Shown: positions 1-11,654 of the stretch, in pieces
How the letters are laid out: each line of letters starts with the position of its first letter
Numbering within the stretch: position 1 is the first letter of the stretch
From: an uncultured Candidatus Rokubacteria bacterium
GTDB taxonomy: Bacteria; Methylomirabilota; Methylomirabilia; Rokubacteriales; CSP1-6
Length of the DNA stretch: 64,000 nt
Direction: 5' to 3'
Assembly (NCBI GenBank): GCA_963789955.1
Contig: CAWBMV010000034.1
Coordinates: 640,001 to 704,000, forward strand
Translations under genes and position numbers: made by a program
Notes under the pieces: model-generated
Seen by the model: only the letters and a program-made list of their open reading frames with translations
Told to the model about the DNA's origin: nothing
Databases searched by the model: none

Positions 1-362
1 GCGAGCTCGGAGACGGTCGCGCCCTCGGGCTGCAGGACGAGGTGCTGCTTGACCCGCCCGGACTCCAGCTGGCTCAGGACGTCCAAGGTGGATGCGCCCC
101 GGTCGAGCTCGTACTCACCCGCCTTCAAACGCCGGGTGGTGCCCCGGAGCCCGGCCAGGACGACGAAGCCCGCGCGGCTTCGGATCCCACCGGCCTGCTG
201 CAGACGGTTAGCGATCTCCAGGACGCCGTCGTGGGCTGGAATCTCCACGAGCACCGGACCGGCCTGGAGCGCATCGGTGGGCGTCGCGACTTCGTAGCCC
301 AGAAGGGCGACGACGGCGACCCCAACGAGCATGAGGAGGGCGATGGCGGCACGCAACCCCAT
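1..362 (-). CDS. mltG: Endolytic transglycosylase MltG (YceG family), N-terminal part; runs off the window
   Basis: Manual translation from ATG at 362: MGLRAAIALLMLVGVAVVALLGYEV...IANRLQQAGGIRS...LKAGEYELDRGASTLDVLSQLESGRV...PEGATV; N-terminal TM helix plus YceG-type LKAGEY and PEG motifs. Confidence 0.85.
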   Translation of the reverse strand, partial: MGLRAAIALLMLVGVAVVALLGYEVATPTDALQAGPVLVEIPAHDGVLEIANRLQQAGGIRSRAGFVVLAGLRGTTRRLKAGEYELDRGASTLDVLSQLESGRVKQHLVLQPEGATVSEL

Positions 363-388
363 GATTTCCCAGTGTAACATCGGGGCTC

Positions 389-397
389 TGGTATACT
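389..397 (+). promoter_or_regulatory. Extended -10 promoter (TGgTATACT) upstream of rpoA
   Basis: TG at 389-390 and TATACT at 392-397 in the mltG/rpoA divergent spacer. Confidence 0.5.
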
Positions 398-454
398 GTG
401 ATGCCTTGGTGGCCGAATTACCCCGATCACACTGGCTCGCTTCTAGGGGGTCCC

Positions 455-1447
455 ATGCTTGAGTTGCAACTGCCCACCCGTCACGATTGGACTGTCCAGG
501 ACAAGACTTACGGCAAGCTGTCGATCGAGCCTTTCGAGGCCGGCTTCGCCCTGACCGTCGGTATCGCGTATCGCCGGGCGCTTCTTTCGGCGATCCACGG
601 CGCCGCGCCGACCTGGGTCAAGATCGAAAACGTCCTGCACGAGTTCTCGCATCTGCCGGGTGTGATGGAAGACACGCTCGACATCATGATGAATCTCCGC
701 AAGGTCGTGTTCACCTTGCACGTGAACCGGCCCAAGATCCTCCGGCTCCGCGCTCAGGGCAGCGCGGTCGCCAAGGCCAGCGACTTCGAGACCGACGCGG
801 ACATCGAGGTCCTCACGCCCGACGTGGTCCTGGCGACCCTCGACAAGGACGGGGTCTTCGAGATGGAGGTCTGCGTCGAGCGCGGCCGCGGCTACGTGTC
901 GGCCGAGAAGCGCGAGCCCGAGGCCCTGCCGATCAACGCGATCCTCCTGGACGCCGACTTCTCGCCGGTCAAGCGGGTGAACTTCCACGTCGAGCCCGTG
1001 ACCGAGGGCCGCGAGCGGCTGGTGCTCGAGGTGTGGACCGACGGCAGCGTCAGTCCGGCGACCGCGGTCGGCGAGGCGTCGCGGATTCTCGAGGACCACT
1101 TCGATCTGCTCATGGACTTCCCGGAGGTCTCGCCGCAGGAAGAGGCCGCCGAGCGCGACGAGGCGCGGCCGCGCACCGAGCTGAACGAGAACCTGTTCCG
1201 CAACGTCGACGAGCTGGAGCTGTCGGTCCGCGCGTCGAACTGCCTCAAGACCGCGAACATCCGGACCATCGCCGACCTCGTGCAGAAGACGGAAGCCGAG
1301 CTCCTGAAGACCAAGAACTTCGGCAAGAAGTCGCTGAACGAGATCAAGACGATCCTGGGCGAGATGAGCCTGTCACTCGGCATGCGCCTGGATCCGGAGG
1401 AGCTGGAGCGCCTGCGCTCCCAGTACGAACGCGCCTACGAAGCCTAG
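455..1447 (+). CDS. rpoA: DNA-directed RNA polymerase subunit alpha (stand-alone, divergent copy)
   Basis: [33 protein letters not shown], alpha-[16 protein letters not shown]...[17 protein letters not shown] upstream of ATG 455. Confidence 0.95.
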   Translation: MLELQLPTRHDWTVQDKTYGKLSIEPFEAGFALTVGIAYRRALLSAIHGAAPTWVKIENVLHEFSHLPGVMEDTLDIMMNLRKVVFTLHVNRPKILRLRAQGSAVAKASDFETDADIEVLTPDVVLATLDKDGVFEMEVCVERGRGYVSAEKREPEALPINAILLDADFSPVKRVNFHVEPVTEGRERLVLEVWTDGSVSPATAVGEASRILEDHFDLLMDFPEVSPQEEAAERDEARPRTELNENLFRNVDELELSVRASNCLKTANIRTIADLVQKTEAELLKTKNFGKKSLNEIKTILGEMSLSLGMRLDPEELERLRSQYERAYEA

Positions 1448-1451
1448 GGCG

Positions 1452-1580
1452 GGCAGGTCGCTGAAAATGGCCCGGCTGCTTCGTTGGCGCCCTCGGCTAC
1501 ACGCTCAACGTACAGCGAGTACGCCTCGCGTGTAGCCTTCGGGCGCCGCCTCGCATCCGAACCTTTTTGAGCGACCTGCC
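1452..1580. repeat. 129-bp nested palindrome (MITE/REP-like) with 16-bp terminal inverted repeats
   Basis: ggcaggtcgctgaaaa ... ttttgagcgacctgcc (1 mismatch); inner pairs ggcgccc/gggcgcc, ggctacacgc/gcgtgtagcc, cgtac/gtacg; between convergent genes. Confidence 0.8.
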
Positions 1581-1657
1581 GGCGTTGCCGGTCCGACTCG
1601 AAGAAGATCTAGCCCGACCGGAAAGCAACTGCACTCGCTCGGTGCGGGCTTCGCTTG

Positions 1658-2893
1658 CTAGCGGGAGAGGCGGGTTTTGATGCGGTCGACGGCTTCTTCG
1701 GTTGAGGCGCGGGCGCCGAAGGCGGTGAGGCGGAAGTAGCCCTCGCCGCTCGGGCCGAAGCCGGCGCCGGGGGTGCCGACGACGTGGGCCTCGTTCAGGA
1801 GCTTGTCGAAGAAGTCCCAGGACGATAGACCGCCCGGGGTCTTGACCCAGATGTACGGGGCGTTGCGCGCACCGTAGACCGTGAGTCCCGCCGACTCGAG
1901 TCCTTCCCGAATGATCCGCGCGTTCTCCATGTAGTAGTCGACGAGCGCGGTGACCTGCTTCTTGCCCTCGGCCGTGTAGGTCGCGGCGGCGGCGCGCTGG
2001 ATGACGTAGGCCACCCCGTTGAACTTGGTGGACTGGCGGCGGACCCAGAGCGAGTTGATGCTCACCGTCTCGCCCGAGGCCGAGCGGCCCTGCAGCTCCT
2101 TCGGTACGACGGTGTAGGCGCAGCGCGTGCCCGTGAAGCCCGCGGTCTTCGAGAAGGAGCGGAACTCGATCGCGACCTCGCGCGCGCCCTCGATCTCGTA
2201 GATCGAGTGCGGGATCGCCGGGTCGCGGATGTAGGCCTCGTACGCCGCGTCGTAGAGGATGACGGCGCTCCGCTCGCGCGCGAAGTCGACCCAGGTCTTC
2301 AGCGCCGCGCGCGTCAGCACCGCGCCGGTCGGATTGTTCGGGTAGCAGAGGTAGATCAGATCGACCGGCCGGTCCGGGATGCGCGGCTGGAAATTGTTCT
2401 CGGCCGTGCACGGCAGGTACACGATCCGATCGTAGCGACCGCTCGCGTCCGCGTTCCCGGCGCGTCCGCCCATCACGGTGACGTCGAGGTACGCGGGGTA
2501 TACCGGGTCGCTGAGCGCCACGACACAGTCCGGCCCGAAGATCTCCTGGATGTTGCCCGTGTCGCTCTTGGCGCCGTCGCTCACGACGATCTCGTCGGCG
2601 GTGAGCTTGATGCCGCGCTCGCCGTAGTCGTGACGGATGATCTCGTTGACGAGGAAGTCCCAGCCGGTCTCGGGCGGATAGCCGCGGAACGTTTCCGGCC
2701 GCGCCATCTCGTCGACGGCCTCGTGCATCGCGCGGATCACCGCGTCGGGCAGCGGCCGCGTCACGTCACCGATCCCCAGGCGGATGAGCTTCGCGTCGGG
2801 GTGCGCCGCCTGATATTCACGCGTGCGCCGGCCGGTCTCGCTGAAGAGATAGCTGGCGCGCAGCTTCAAGTAGTGGTCGTTTATCCGGGTCAT
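1658..2893 (-). CDS. dapL: LL-diaminopimelate aminotransferase
   Basis: [66 protein letters not shown]. Confidence 0.95.
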   Translation of the reverse strand: MTRINDHYLKLRASYLFSETGRRTREYQAAHPDAKLIRLGIGDVTRPLPDAVIRAMHEAVDEMARPETFRGYPPETGWDFLVNEIIRHDYGERGIKLTADEIVVSDGAKSDTGNIQEIFGPDCVVALSDPVYPAYLDVTVMGGRAGNADASGRYDRIVYLPCTAENNFQPRIPDRPVDLIYLCYPNNPTGAVLTRAALKTWVDFARERSAVILYDAAYEAYIRDPAIPHSIYEIEGAREVAIEFRSFSKTAGFTGTRCAYTVVPKELQGRSASGETVSINSLWVRRQSTKFNGVAYVIQRAAAATYTAEGKKQVTALVDYYMENARIIREGLESAGLTVYGARNAPYIWVKTPGGLSSWDFFDKLLNEAHVVGTPGAGFGPSGEGYFRLTAFGARASTEEAVDRIKTRLSR

Positions 2894-2904
2894 GACGCAC
2901 GATT

Positions 2905-5178
2905 CTAGCAGATCGGTTCGGGGTCGAGGCAGACGCGGTCGATCCGTCCCGAAGCCCACCGTGTGACGGTCAAGGTGGCGCCGTCGGTCTCGAAGATGAG
3001 CGCGCCGTCACGATCGGTCCGATAGATCTGAGCGCCGGCCTCGGAGAGTCGCGCCACGACGCCGGCATCGGGATGTCCGTACGCGTTACGCGCTCCGACC
3101 GAGATCGCCGCGAGCCTCGGGCCGACCGTGCGCAGGAACTCGGAGCTCGTCGAAGAGCGCGAGCCGTGATGGGCGACCTTGAGGACCATCGAATCCAGGC
3201 GCGCCCCCGCGGCGGTCAACTCGCGCTCACGCGGGATGCCGATATCGGAGGTGAGCAGGAACGAGGCGAGCCCCATGTCGATTCGCAGCACCAGCGCGGC
3301 TTCGTTGCGCCGCCAACCGTTCACCGCGGTGGAGGGGAGCGCCGCGAGCTCAGCGCCACCGAAACGCCGCGTCGTCGGAGGATTCGCCGCGGTCCACTCC
3401 TCGTCGATCGCGAAGAGGCGCCGGACCGCGCCCGCGCCGCCGGCGTGATCGCTATCATCGTGGGTGACGGCGAGGCCGGCCAGTCGCAGAATGCCGCGAT
3501 TCCAGAGGAACGGAGCGACCACACGCTCGCCGGCGTCCAGACGCATCGGGCCGCCTGATCCCGCGTCGATGAGCAGGGCACGGCCGTCGGGCGTCTCGAC
3601 GACGATCGCGTCGCCCTGGCCCACGTCGAGGATGGTGAGCCGCAGCAGACCGTCGGCCGGCCGCACGAGCGGCCACGCCGCGACGCCGACCGCCAGAGCG
3701 AGAAGCGCGGCTCCGAGAAGGAGCCATGCACGCGCGCTGCTCACCTCGCGATCTCGGCCGACGCGCCAGACGAGCAGTGATGCGAGTCCGCCGACGTAGC
3801 ACGTCACGGCGACCCAGCCCGGAGCCGGGAGATAGAGGACCGCACAAGGCACCTTGGCGGCGACCGCGACGAGCCCGCGCAACGCCAGCAGGACGGGCCA
3901 GACGGCGTCGAACGCCACCGCCGCGACGCTGTCGCTGAGAAACGACAGGCCGACGGCCACGAGCCCGCCGACCGTGGCGACCCCGGCGAGGGGAACGACG
4001 CCGAGATTCGCGATCAGGCCGATCGTCGAAAGCTGATTGAAGTGGGTCAAGGAGATCGGTAGCACCGCCAGCTGGGCGGCCGCGCTCACGGCGAGCGCGC
4101 CGAGGACCAGTCCGCGCGGCAACGGGGCGATGACGATGCCGAGCGTGGCGGCGAACGAGAGCTGAAAGCCCGGGTCGAAGAGGTCGCTCGGCCGAGCTGC
4201 GAGGATCACGAGCGCTGCCAGCGCCAGGCTGTTGGTCACGGACGCGTCGCGATCCAGGAGCGACGCCACCAGCACGAGCACGGCCATGACGACGGCGCGG
4301 AGCACGGAAGGCTCCGGCCCGACGACCAGCGCGAACCCGATCACCACGATGATGGCCGTGACGGCCGAAGCTCGGTGGGGCAGGCGCAGAAGCCGACAGA
4401 GCGCCCAGACCGACGCCGCCAGGATTCCCACGTTGAAGCCGGATACGGCCAGGACGTGGTAGACGCCGGCCCGGCGGAAGGCGTCGTCGACGTCGCGCGG
4501 CAGCTCGGTTCGGTCGCCGAGCAGGAGCCCCGCAAGCAGCGCGGCCGACGTGGGCGGCAGGGCGCGCCCAATGGCCGCGACCGACTCGTGCTTGACCCGC
4601 ACCGGCCACGGCGGCCCCGGATCGTCTAGCGCGGTCACCGAATCGGCGCGCGTCGTGGCCAGGACGAAGATGCCGTCGCGCGCGAGGTGCGCCGCGTAGT
4701 CGTAGGTCCCGGGATTTCGAAAGCCGGCGGCGCGACTCAGCCGCAAAGGGGCGGCCACGCGCTGCCCTTCGGTCAGCGGCGGCAAGACGCCGTAGGCCGT
4801 CACCTGGATGAGACCCACCCGAGGCTCGTCGTCCACGCGTACGGCGTCCAGCAGAAGGCGAGCGCGATCGGGAGCCCACCGCCGTGGCTCTGCAACCAAC
4901 CGCCCCTCGACGCGAAGCGTTTGCGGGAGAGCCAGGCGGCCGACGTGATCGGGCGGAAGCGGCGCGTCACTGCCTCGGAGCGCGCCCACAGCGACGACGC
5001 CGAGCAGCAGCGCCGCCGCGGCCGCGAGCGTTCGAGCGACCGCGAGCGACGCGAGACACGCAACGACGGCGACCAGCCACGCCACCAGGAAGAGCTCGAG
5101 CGCCGCGAGGGAGGCCACGGCAATGCCCCCGGCAAAGGCGACGGCGACGGGAGCAATCGGTGTCCGCTTGAGATTCAC
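2905..5178 (-). CDS. comEC: DNA internalization competence protein ComEC/Rec2 (OB + Competence + MBL domains)
   Basis: [51 protein letters not shown] start overlaps comEA stop (GTGA). Confidence 0.93.
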   Translation of the reverse strand: MNLKRTPIAPVAVAFAGGIAVASLAALELFLVAWLVAVVACLASLAVARTLAAAAALLLGVVAVGALRGSDAPLPPDHVGRLALPQTLRVEGRLVAEPRRWAPDRARLLLDAVRVDDEPRVGLIQVTAYGVLPPLTEGQRVAAPLRLSRAAGFRNPGTYDYAAHLARDGIFVLATTRADSVTALDDPGPPWPVRVKHESVAAIGRALPPTSAALLAGLLLGDRTELPRDVDDAFRRAGVYHVLAVSGFNVGILAASVWALCRLLRLPHRASAVTAIIVVIGFALVVGPEPSVLRAVVMAVLVLVASLLDRDASVTNSLALAALVILAARPSDLFDPGFQLSFAATLGIVIAPLPRGLVLGALAVSAAAQLAVLPISLTHFNQLSTIGLIANLGVVPLAGVATVGGLVAVGLSFLSDSVAAVAFDAVWPVLLALRGLVAVAAKVPCAVLYLPAPGWVAVTCYVGGLASLLVWRVGRDREVSSARAWLLLGAALLALAVGVAAWPLVRPADGLLRLTILDVGQGDAIVVETPDGRALLIDAGSGGPMRLDAGERVVAPFLWNRGILRLAGLAVTHDDSDHAGGAGAVRRLFAIDEEWTAANPPTTRRFGGAELAALPSTAVNGWRRNEAALVLRIDMGLASFLLTSDIGIPRERELTAAGARLDSMVLKVAHHGSRSSTSSEFLRTVGPRLAAISVGARNAYGHPDAGVVARLSEAGAQIYRTDRDGALIFETDGATLTVTRWASGRIDRVCLDPEPIC

Positions 5179-5657
5179 TTGGCGATCGTGACGAGCGCGC
5201 GAAGCTTCTCGACCTTGCGGACGCTCATGCCTCGAACGCGCCCGAGATCGTCGATCTGCGTGAAGGGGCCCTCCGCGGCCCGGAGGTCGACGATCCGGCG
5301 GGCGAGAGCCGGCCCGACCCCCGGCAACCGTGTGAGCTCGTCCGACGTCGCGCGGTTGAGATCGATCGTGTCGGACGGAACGTCTGTCGGAGCGCTTCGA
5401 GGGCGCGGCGACTCCGATGGCGCCGTGCCGCGGCGCGAGCGTCGAGGCGCCGGCTCGGGCGACGGTGCGGATGACGCTCCTTCCTCCGAGCGCGGCACTG
5501 CCAGACTCGAGGCCGGTGCCGGTGTCCGATCCAGCTGTTCGAGATAGTCGGCGACATCGGGCCTGGCTCGTCGCCAGTGGCCGATCGCGAGCCCGAGGCC
5601 GGCGATCGTGAGCAGGATCAGCAGCACGACGATCTGACGACGCGTGTAGAGGATCAT
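5175..5657 (-). CDS. comEA: ComEA family helix-hairpin-helix DNA-binding protein
   Basis: N-terminal TM, linker, IDLNRATSDELTRLPGVGPALARRIV...GPF...DL.RVRGM. Confidence 0.92.
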   Translation of the reverse strand: MILYTRRQIVVLLILLTIAGLGLAIGHWRRARPDVADYLEQLDRTPAPASSLAVPRSEEGASSAPSPEPAPRRSRRGTAPSESPRPRSAPTDVPSDTIDLNRATSDELTRLPGVGPALARRIVDLRAAEGPFTQIDDLGRVRGMSVRKVEKLRALVTIAK

Positions 5658-5781
5658 GAGGCGACGATCCCACGCGCCGTGCCCGCGCGACTAGAGTCGA
5701 AAAATTCTGACGGCGCCGGACCCGGGGCGGCGCGCGACTCCCGCTAGTTCTGGACCGCTGCTGGAACGCGGTGGCGACGGA

Positions 5782-6894
5782 TCAGGGCACGAGCGCCGCC
5801 CGCGTGATGGTGGTCGTGTCCTTGGCGTGCCACTCGGACTCTGCAAACGCCTTGTTGATGTGCTCGAGCGGATACTTGTGCGAGATGAGCCGGTCGAAGG
5901 GAAACCGGGTCCGGTTGCGTACGAGAAAGTCGAGAGCGCGTGGGATGACCCCGGGGTCGTACTGGATCACGCCCACGATCTTCTTCGAGCCCCACACGAG
6001 CAGCGACGGCTCGAGCTCGATCTTTGCCCCGCGGCTGATCGTCCCGATCTCCAGGTAGGTTCCGCCGGAGCGGAGCATCTCGATCCCTTCCGGGATGACC
6101 TGAGGAAATCCGACGAAGTCGCACGCGACGTCGGCGCCCGCGCCGCCCGTCCACTTGCGGACGAGGTTGACGCGCTCGCGGCGGTCGGTGACTTCCTTGA
6201 CGTTGATCGTATGGTCGGCGCCGAACGCGCGCGCCAGGTCGAGGCGTCCCGCGAGCTGATCGACGACGATGACGGTGGCCGCGCCCATGTCCTTGGCGAC
6301 GGCGGCCGCCTGGATCCCGAGCCCTCCCGCGCCCTGGATGACGACGGTTCCTCCGAACGCGAGCCCGGCGCGGTCGAGGCCGAAGATGACCTGGGAGAGC
6401 GCGCAGTTGACCGGCGACACCAGCTCGTCGGGCAGGGCGTCGGGCACGACGAAGATCGCGCCACGGGGGCGCAGGTAGTAGTACTCGGCGAAGGCACCGT
6501 GAAAGTGCGGGAACTGCGATGGACCGGCCGGGCGCTCGATCTTCGCCGGGCAGGCGGCCGGCTCGTTCGCCAGGCACGCGTAGCAGCGCCCGCACGGATA
6601 GAAATACGTGTAGGCGACGCGGTCGCCCTCCTTCAGCGGGCGACCCAGCGAGTCGGTCTTGACTCGCGCGCCGAGCTTGGCGACTCGGCCGGTCATCTCG
6701 TGGCCGAAGATCCAGCCGTCCTCCGGCAGCCGCAGGGGCGCGTCGCCTCGCCAGAAGTGGAGATCGGAGCCGCACACGTTGGCGAGCGAGACGCGGATGA
6801 GGACCGCGTCGGGCTCGACGTCGGGCACCGGCACCTCGCGGATCTCGAACGGCTTGCCCGGACCGAAGAACACCGCCGCCTTGCCGCTGCTCAT
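5782..6894 (-). CDS. Zinc-dependent (MDR) alcohol dehydrogenase
   Basis: CGSD...GHE, CGRCYAC...C structural Zn site, GAGGLG Rossmann motif; ATGA overlap with lysC stop. Confidence 0.9.
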   Translation of the reverse strand: MSSGKAAVFFGPGKPFEIREVPVPDVEPDAVLIRVSLANVCGSDLHFWRGDAPLRLPEDGWIFGHEMTGRVAKLGARVKTDSLGRPLKEGDRVAYTYFYPCGRCYACLANEPAACPAKIERPAGPSQFPHFHGAFAEYYYLRPRGAIFVVPDALPDELVSPVNCALSQVIFGLDRAGLAFGGTVVIQGAGGLGIQAAAVAKDMGAATVIVVDQLAGRLDLARAFGADHTINVKEVTDRRERVNLVRKWTGGAGADVACDFVGFPQVIPEGIEMLRSGGTYLEIGTISRGAKIELEPSLLVWGSKKIVGVIQYDPGVIPRALDFLVRNRTRFPFDRLISHKYPLEHINKAFAESEWHAKDTTTITRAALVP

Positions 6895-8114
6895 TGGCGG
6901 ACTCCTCGGGCGACGTCGAACGCGTCGTGCAGGCTCCGCACCGCCAGCTCCGCGTACTTGTCCTCGATCACGCACGACACCGCGATCTCCGACGTCGAGA
7001 TCATCTGGATGTTGATGCCCTCACGCGCGAGCGTGGCGAACATCGTCGAGGCCACGCCGGAGTGGCTGCGCATCCCGACGCCGACGATGGAGACCTTGGC
7101 GACCCGCTCGTCGTGCACGATGCCGCGCGCGCCGATCTCGCGCACGACCTCCGAGAGATCCTTGACCGCCCGCGCGTGGTCGCCGCGCGGCAGGGTGAAG
7201 GACATGTCGGTGTAGCCGTCCTGGCTGATGTTCTGCACGATCATGTCGACGACGATGTTCTTGGCGGAGATGGCCCCGAAGACCCGCGCGGCGATGCCGG
7301 GCCGGTCGGGCACTCGCAGGATCGAGATCTTCGCCTGGCTCCGGTCGTGCGTCACGCCGGTGACCACCGCCTGTTCCATGCCGGCTTCCTCCTTCGTCAC
7401 GAGCGTGCCCGGATCCGGGCGGAACGTGGAGCGCACGTGGACCGTGACGCCGTACTTCTTGGCGAACTCGACCGAGCGGGTCTGGAGCACCTTGGCGCCG
7501 AGGCTCGCCAGCTCGAGCATCTCGTCGTAGGCGACGCGCGCGAGCTTTCTGGCGTCGGGCACGATGTTCGGATCCGCGGTGTAGACGCCGTCGACGTCGG
7601 TGTAGATCTCGCACACATCCGCCTTCAGCGCCGCCGCCAGCGCGACCGCGGTGAGATCGGAGCCGCCGCGCCCGAGCGTCGTGATCTCGTCCTCGTCCGA
7701 GAGCCCCTGGAATCCGGCGACGACCGCGATCTCGCCGGTGTCGAGCGCGCGCCGCACGCGATCGGCGTCGATCTGCGTGATGCGGGCCTGCGTGTGCGCG
7801 TGATCGGTTCGCATGCCGATCTGCGGACCCGTGAAGGACTTCGCCTTGAGGCCGAGCGACTGGAGCGCCATGGACAGGAGCGCGATCGTCACTTGCTCGC
7901 CGGTCGACAGCAGCATGTCCATCTCGCGCAGGTCGGGCGTCGTCGAGATCTGTCGGGCGAGCGAGAGGAGGCCGTCCGTGGTCTTGCCCATGGCCGAGAC
8001 GACGACGACCAGCTGATTGCCCGGCGCGCTGGCGGCGACTCGCCGCGCGACGTTCATGATCTTGTCGGCGTCGGCGACCGACGATCCCCCGAACTTCTGG
8101 ACGAGCACCGCCAT
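6891..8114 (-). CDS. lysC: Aspartate kinase
   Basis: [38 protein letters not shown], two C-terminal ACT domains. Confidence 0.97.
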   Translation of the reverse strand: MAVLVQKFGGSSVADADKIMNVARRVAASAPGNQLVVVVSAMGKTTDGLLSLARQISTTPDLREMDMLLSTGEQVTIALLSMALQSLGLKAKSFTGPQIGMRTDHAHTQARITQIDADRVRRALDTGEIAVVAGFQGLSDEDEITTLGRGGSDLTAVALAAALKADVCEIYTDVDGVYTADPNIVPDARKLARVAYDEMLELASLGAKVLQTRSVEFAKKYGVTVHVRSTFRPDPGTLVTKEEAGMEQAVVTGVTHDRSQAKISILRVPDRPGIAARVFGAISAKNIVVDMIVQNISQDGYTDMSFTLPRGDHARAVKDLSEVVREIGARGIVHDERVAKVSIVGVGMRSHSGVASTMFATLAREGINIQMISTSEIAVSCVIEDKYAELAVRSLHDAFDVARGVRQ

Positions 8115-8223
8115 GGCTGGCGAGAGCCTACACGACGCCCGCGCCGACCGCAAAGATGGAGGGCGTCGCGGCCCGAGAGCGACACGTCGATCGCGACGCA
8201 CGCGCGCGGAATGCCGCATGCCT

Positions 8224-9243
8224 CTAGCCGGCCGGCGCCGGGTTCGTCGCCCGGCCGCGCGTGGGCGGCCTCACCGAGACTCACGTTCTCGCGCAGACAG
8301 GTAGAGCCAGCCGAGCAGGGTGATCGGCAGGATCTGAGTGGCGTGAAACAGCAGCGCGTAGCCGAACCCGGTCGAGCGCGAAACGCCGAAGAGTCCCACG
8401 GCGAGCACGGCTGCCCCGTGGAAGGTGCCGACGTAGCCCGGAGTGGACGGGAGCGAGACGCCGAGCCCGACGAAGGCGAGCACCGCCCAGGGCGCGGCGA
8501 AGGGAGGTGCAAGTCCAGCGCCAGCAGTACGGTCCACGCCGCGAACGCGGGCGCGAGCCAGACCGCGATCGTCCAGACGATCAGCGGGAACGCGTGCGAC
8601 GGGGTGCGGATCCCGTCGAGGCCGCGCACGAACGTCTCGAGCGTGGTGAGCGCCCGTCGCTGCAGCCTGGGCCAGCGGCTGGCGAGGCGCGCGATGAGCC
8701 GCGGCAGCACCGGCGGGCGCAACGACGAGGGCGATCAGGACTCGCGACGCCGGCCAGATCGATCGCGAGGATGGCCACCGCCCCGACCTCGATGATGCGC
8801 GGCACCGGAATGACGAGCACCAGCACCGCCAGGATGAGCACGACGACCAGGCCGTCCAGGACCCGCTCGACGACGAGCGTGGCGAGCGTCGTCCAGAACG
8901 GATGCAGGCGCGCCGCGCTTGCGTCGGCCGCGCTCCAACGCCGGGCGACCACGTAGACACGCGCGACCTCGCCCGCGCGGGCTGGGACCACGTTGTTGAC
9001 CATGTAGCCGATCATCATGGCGGGCGTGAGGCCAGGCGGGTTCGAGCCCGGCGGAAAGAGATACCACCAGCGTCGCCCGCGCACCCAGATCTGGAGCGGC
9101 GCCATGACGACCGCGACCAGCATCCAGCCCCAGTGGGCGTCGCGCAGCTGACGACCGAGCTGGGCGAGATCGACGCTCCAGAAGAGATAGACGAGTAGGG
9201 CGACACTGATCGCGACGCCGAGCGCGATGTGGAGCCGGTTCAG
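8224..9243 (-). CDS. Lysylphosphatidylglycerol synthase TM-region / flippase-like (UPF0104) membrane protein; several frameshifts, ends approximate
   Basis: Segments in three frames: [50 protein letters not shown]. Confidence 0.75.
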
Positions 9244-10298
9244 AGGCCGAGCTGCGCCAGGACGGCGTCGACTCGCGGCGGCACCGTGGTCGGGCGCGAC
9301 GCGGACTCGAGCGCGGTGTCCGGGTCCTTGAGCCCGTGGCCGGTGAGCGTCAAGACGAGAGTCGAGCCGGGCTCGAAGCGCCCGGCCTTGACGAGCTTGA
9401 TCAAGCCGGCCACCGTCGCCGCCGACGCCGGCTCCATGAAGATGCCCTCTTCGTGGGCCAGCAGGCGATAGGCGCGCAGAATCTCTTCGTCGGTGACGAT
9501 GTCGATCCAGCCGCGTGAATCTTTCATCGCCTCCAGCGCCGGGCCCCACGAGGCCGGGTTGCCGATCTTGATCGCGGTCGCGACCGTCCGCGGCTCCTCG
9601 ATCACCCGGTTCTCGTAGATCGGCGCGGCGCCGGCCGCCTGGAAGCCGACCATTCGCGGGAGCTCCTTCACGCGGCCGGCCCGGTGATACTCGCGGTAGC
9701 CGCGCCAGTACGCGGTGATGTTGCCCGCGTTGCCGACGGGAATCAGGTGATAGTCCGGCGCGCGTCCGAGCTGATCGCAGACCTCGAACGCCCCGGTCTT
9801 TTGCCCCTCGAGCCGGAACGGATTCACCGAGTTCACGAGCGTGACGGGATACCGCTCGGCGATCTGCCGGACGATCGTCAGCGCCTGGTCGAAGTTGCCG
9901 TCGACCATGAGGACCTTGGCGCCGTGGATGGCGGCCTGCGAGAGCTTGCCGAGCGCGACCGAGCCCTTCGGCACCATGACGAACGCGCGGATGCCGGCGC
10001 GCGCGGCGAACGCGGCGGCCGAGGCCGACGTGTTGCCGGTCGAGGCGCAGATGACGGCGCGCGAGCCCGCCTCGAGCGCCTTCGACATCGCCACGGTCAT
10101 CCCGCGGTCTTTGAACGAGCCCGTCGGATTGAATCCCTCGCACTTCAGATAGATCTGCATGCGCGCGTCGGTCGCCTCGGCGAGCCGCGGCGCCGGAACG
10201 AGCGGCGTGTTGCCCTCGTGGAGCGTCACGATCGGGGTCTTGTCCGAGACCGGGAGGAAGTCCCGGTATTCCTCGATCACGCCGCGCCAGGCCTTCAC
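9240..10298 (-). CDS. thrC: Threonine synthase
   Basis: EGNTPL, NPTGSFKDRG, CASTGNTS, PVGNAGNI, EPASAA, LTGHGLKDP; coupled to hom. Confidence 0.96.
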   Translation of the reverse strand: MKAWRGVIEEYRDFLPVSDKTPIVTLHEGNTPLVPAPRLAEATDARMQIYLKCEGFNPTGSFKDRGMTVAMSKALEAGSRAVICASTGNTSASAAAFAARAGIRAFVMVPKGSVALGKLSQAAIHGAKVLMVDGNFDQALTIVRQIAERYPVTLVNSVNPFRLEGQKTGAFEVCDQLGRAPDYHLIPVGNAGNITAYWRGYREYHRAGRVKELPRMVGFQAAGAAPIYENRVIEEPRTVATAIKIGNPASWGPALEAMKDSRGWIDIVTDEEILRAYRLLAHEEGIFMEPASAATVAGLIKLVKAGRFEPGSTLVLTLTGHGLKDPDTALESASRPTTVPPRVDAVLAQLGL

Positions 10299-11633
10299 GC
10301 CGGACTGCCCTCGACCCGGATCATGGTCGTGGCCGCGGCCACGTCACGCAGCCGGTCGATCTTCGCCAGCGCCGCCCGCATGTCGCGCTCGCGCGCCTCG
10401 TGGGTCAGCATGACCACCGGCACCGCCTCGCGGACCCCACGGCCCTTCTGGATGACGTTGGCGATCGAGATGTCGTTCTCACCCAGGATGCCCGCGACCT
10501 TCGACAGGACGCCCGGCCGATCCTGAGCGGTCACGCGCAGGTAGTAGCGGCAGCGGATCGCCTCCATCGGCGTGAGCGGCAGCGGCGTGGGTCCGACCGA
10601 CGGCAGCTCGATCGCGAGCGACGGGATGCCGTGGGCGATCCGTCGCGCGATTTCGATGACGTCCGACAGCACCGCCGAGGCCGTCGGCATCTGACCGGCG
10701 CCTCGGCCGTAGAACATCAGATCGCCGACCGCGTCGCCGGTCAGGAAGATGCCGTTGAACACGCCGGACACCGCGGCCAGCGGCGAGGCGGCCGGAATCA
10801 TCGTCGGATGGACGCGGACTTCGACGCCGCCGGCGCCACCCGGCGCGTCGGGCGCCGTCGCCTTCGCGATCGCCAGGAGCTTGATCCGATAGCCAAGCTC
10901 TCGCGCATAGTCGATGTCCTGGGCCGTGACCCGCGAGATCCCTTCGGTATGGATATGCTTGAGATCGACGAAGGTCCGAAAGGCCAGCGCCACGAGGATC
11001 TGCAGCTTGTGGGCCGAGTCCATGCCCTCGATGTCGAGCGTCGGGTCGGCCTCGGCGTAGCCGTGAGCCTGCGCTTCCTTGAGGACCAGCGAGAAGTCCA
11101 GACCCTCGTCGGTCATCTTGCTCAGGATGTAGTTGCAGGTGCCGTTGACGATACCGGCCAGCGACAGCACCTGGTTGGCCACCAGACCGTCCTTGACGGC
11201 GCGGATCAGCGGGATGCCGCCGGCCACCGCCGCCTCGAAGCCGAGCGCGACGCCGGCGCGCCGCGCCTCTTCGTACGAGCTCGACGCCGTGGTGCGCGAG
11301 GAGCGCCTTGTTGGCGGTGACCACGTGCTTGCCGGCGGCGAGCGCCCGCGAGATGAACGAGCGCGCGGGCTCGAGGCCTCCCACGAGCTCGATCACGACG
11401 TTGATCGACGGGTCGGCGAGCACGCGGGCGGCGTCACCCGTCAGCGGCAGGGACTTGAGGTCGAGGCCTTCACGCGGGCGGGTGAGGTCGGTATCGGCGA
11501 CGGCGGCCAGGATGAGGCGCGCGCCCGCCCGCTCTTCGAGCATCTGGCGTCGGCTCTGGAGGATCTTCGCGACCCCGGCGCCGACGGTGCCGAGCCCCAG
11601 CAGACCGATGCGTACTTCGCGCGCAGCGCTCAC
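10295..11633 (-). CDS. hom: Homoserine dehydrogenase with ACT domain; frameshift near 11275
   Basis: GLGTVG, VVTANKALLA (frame 1); AGGIP, GIVNGTCNYIL, GYAEADP, YGRGAG, ACT domain (frame 2). Confidence 0.93.
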
Positions 11634-11654
11634 GATTGATCTCCGCCGGTCAGG

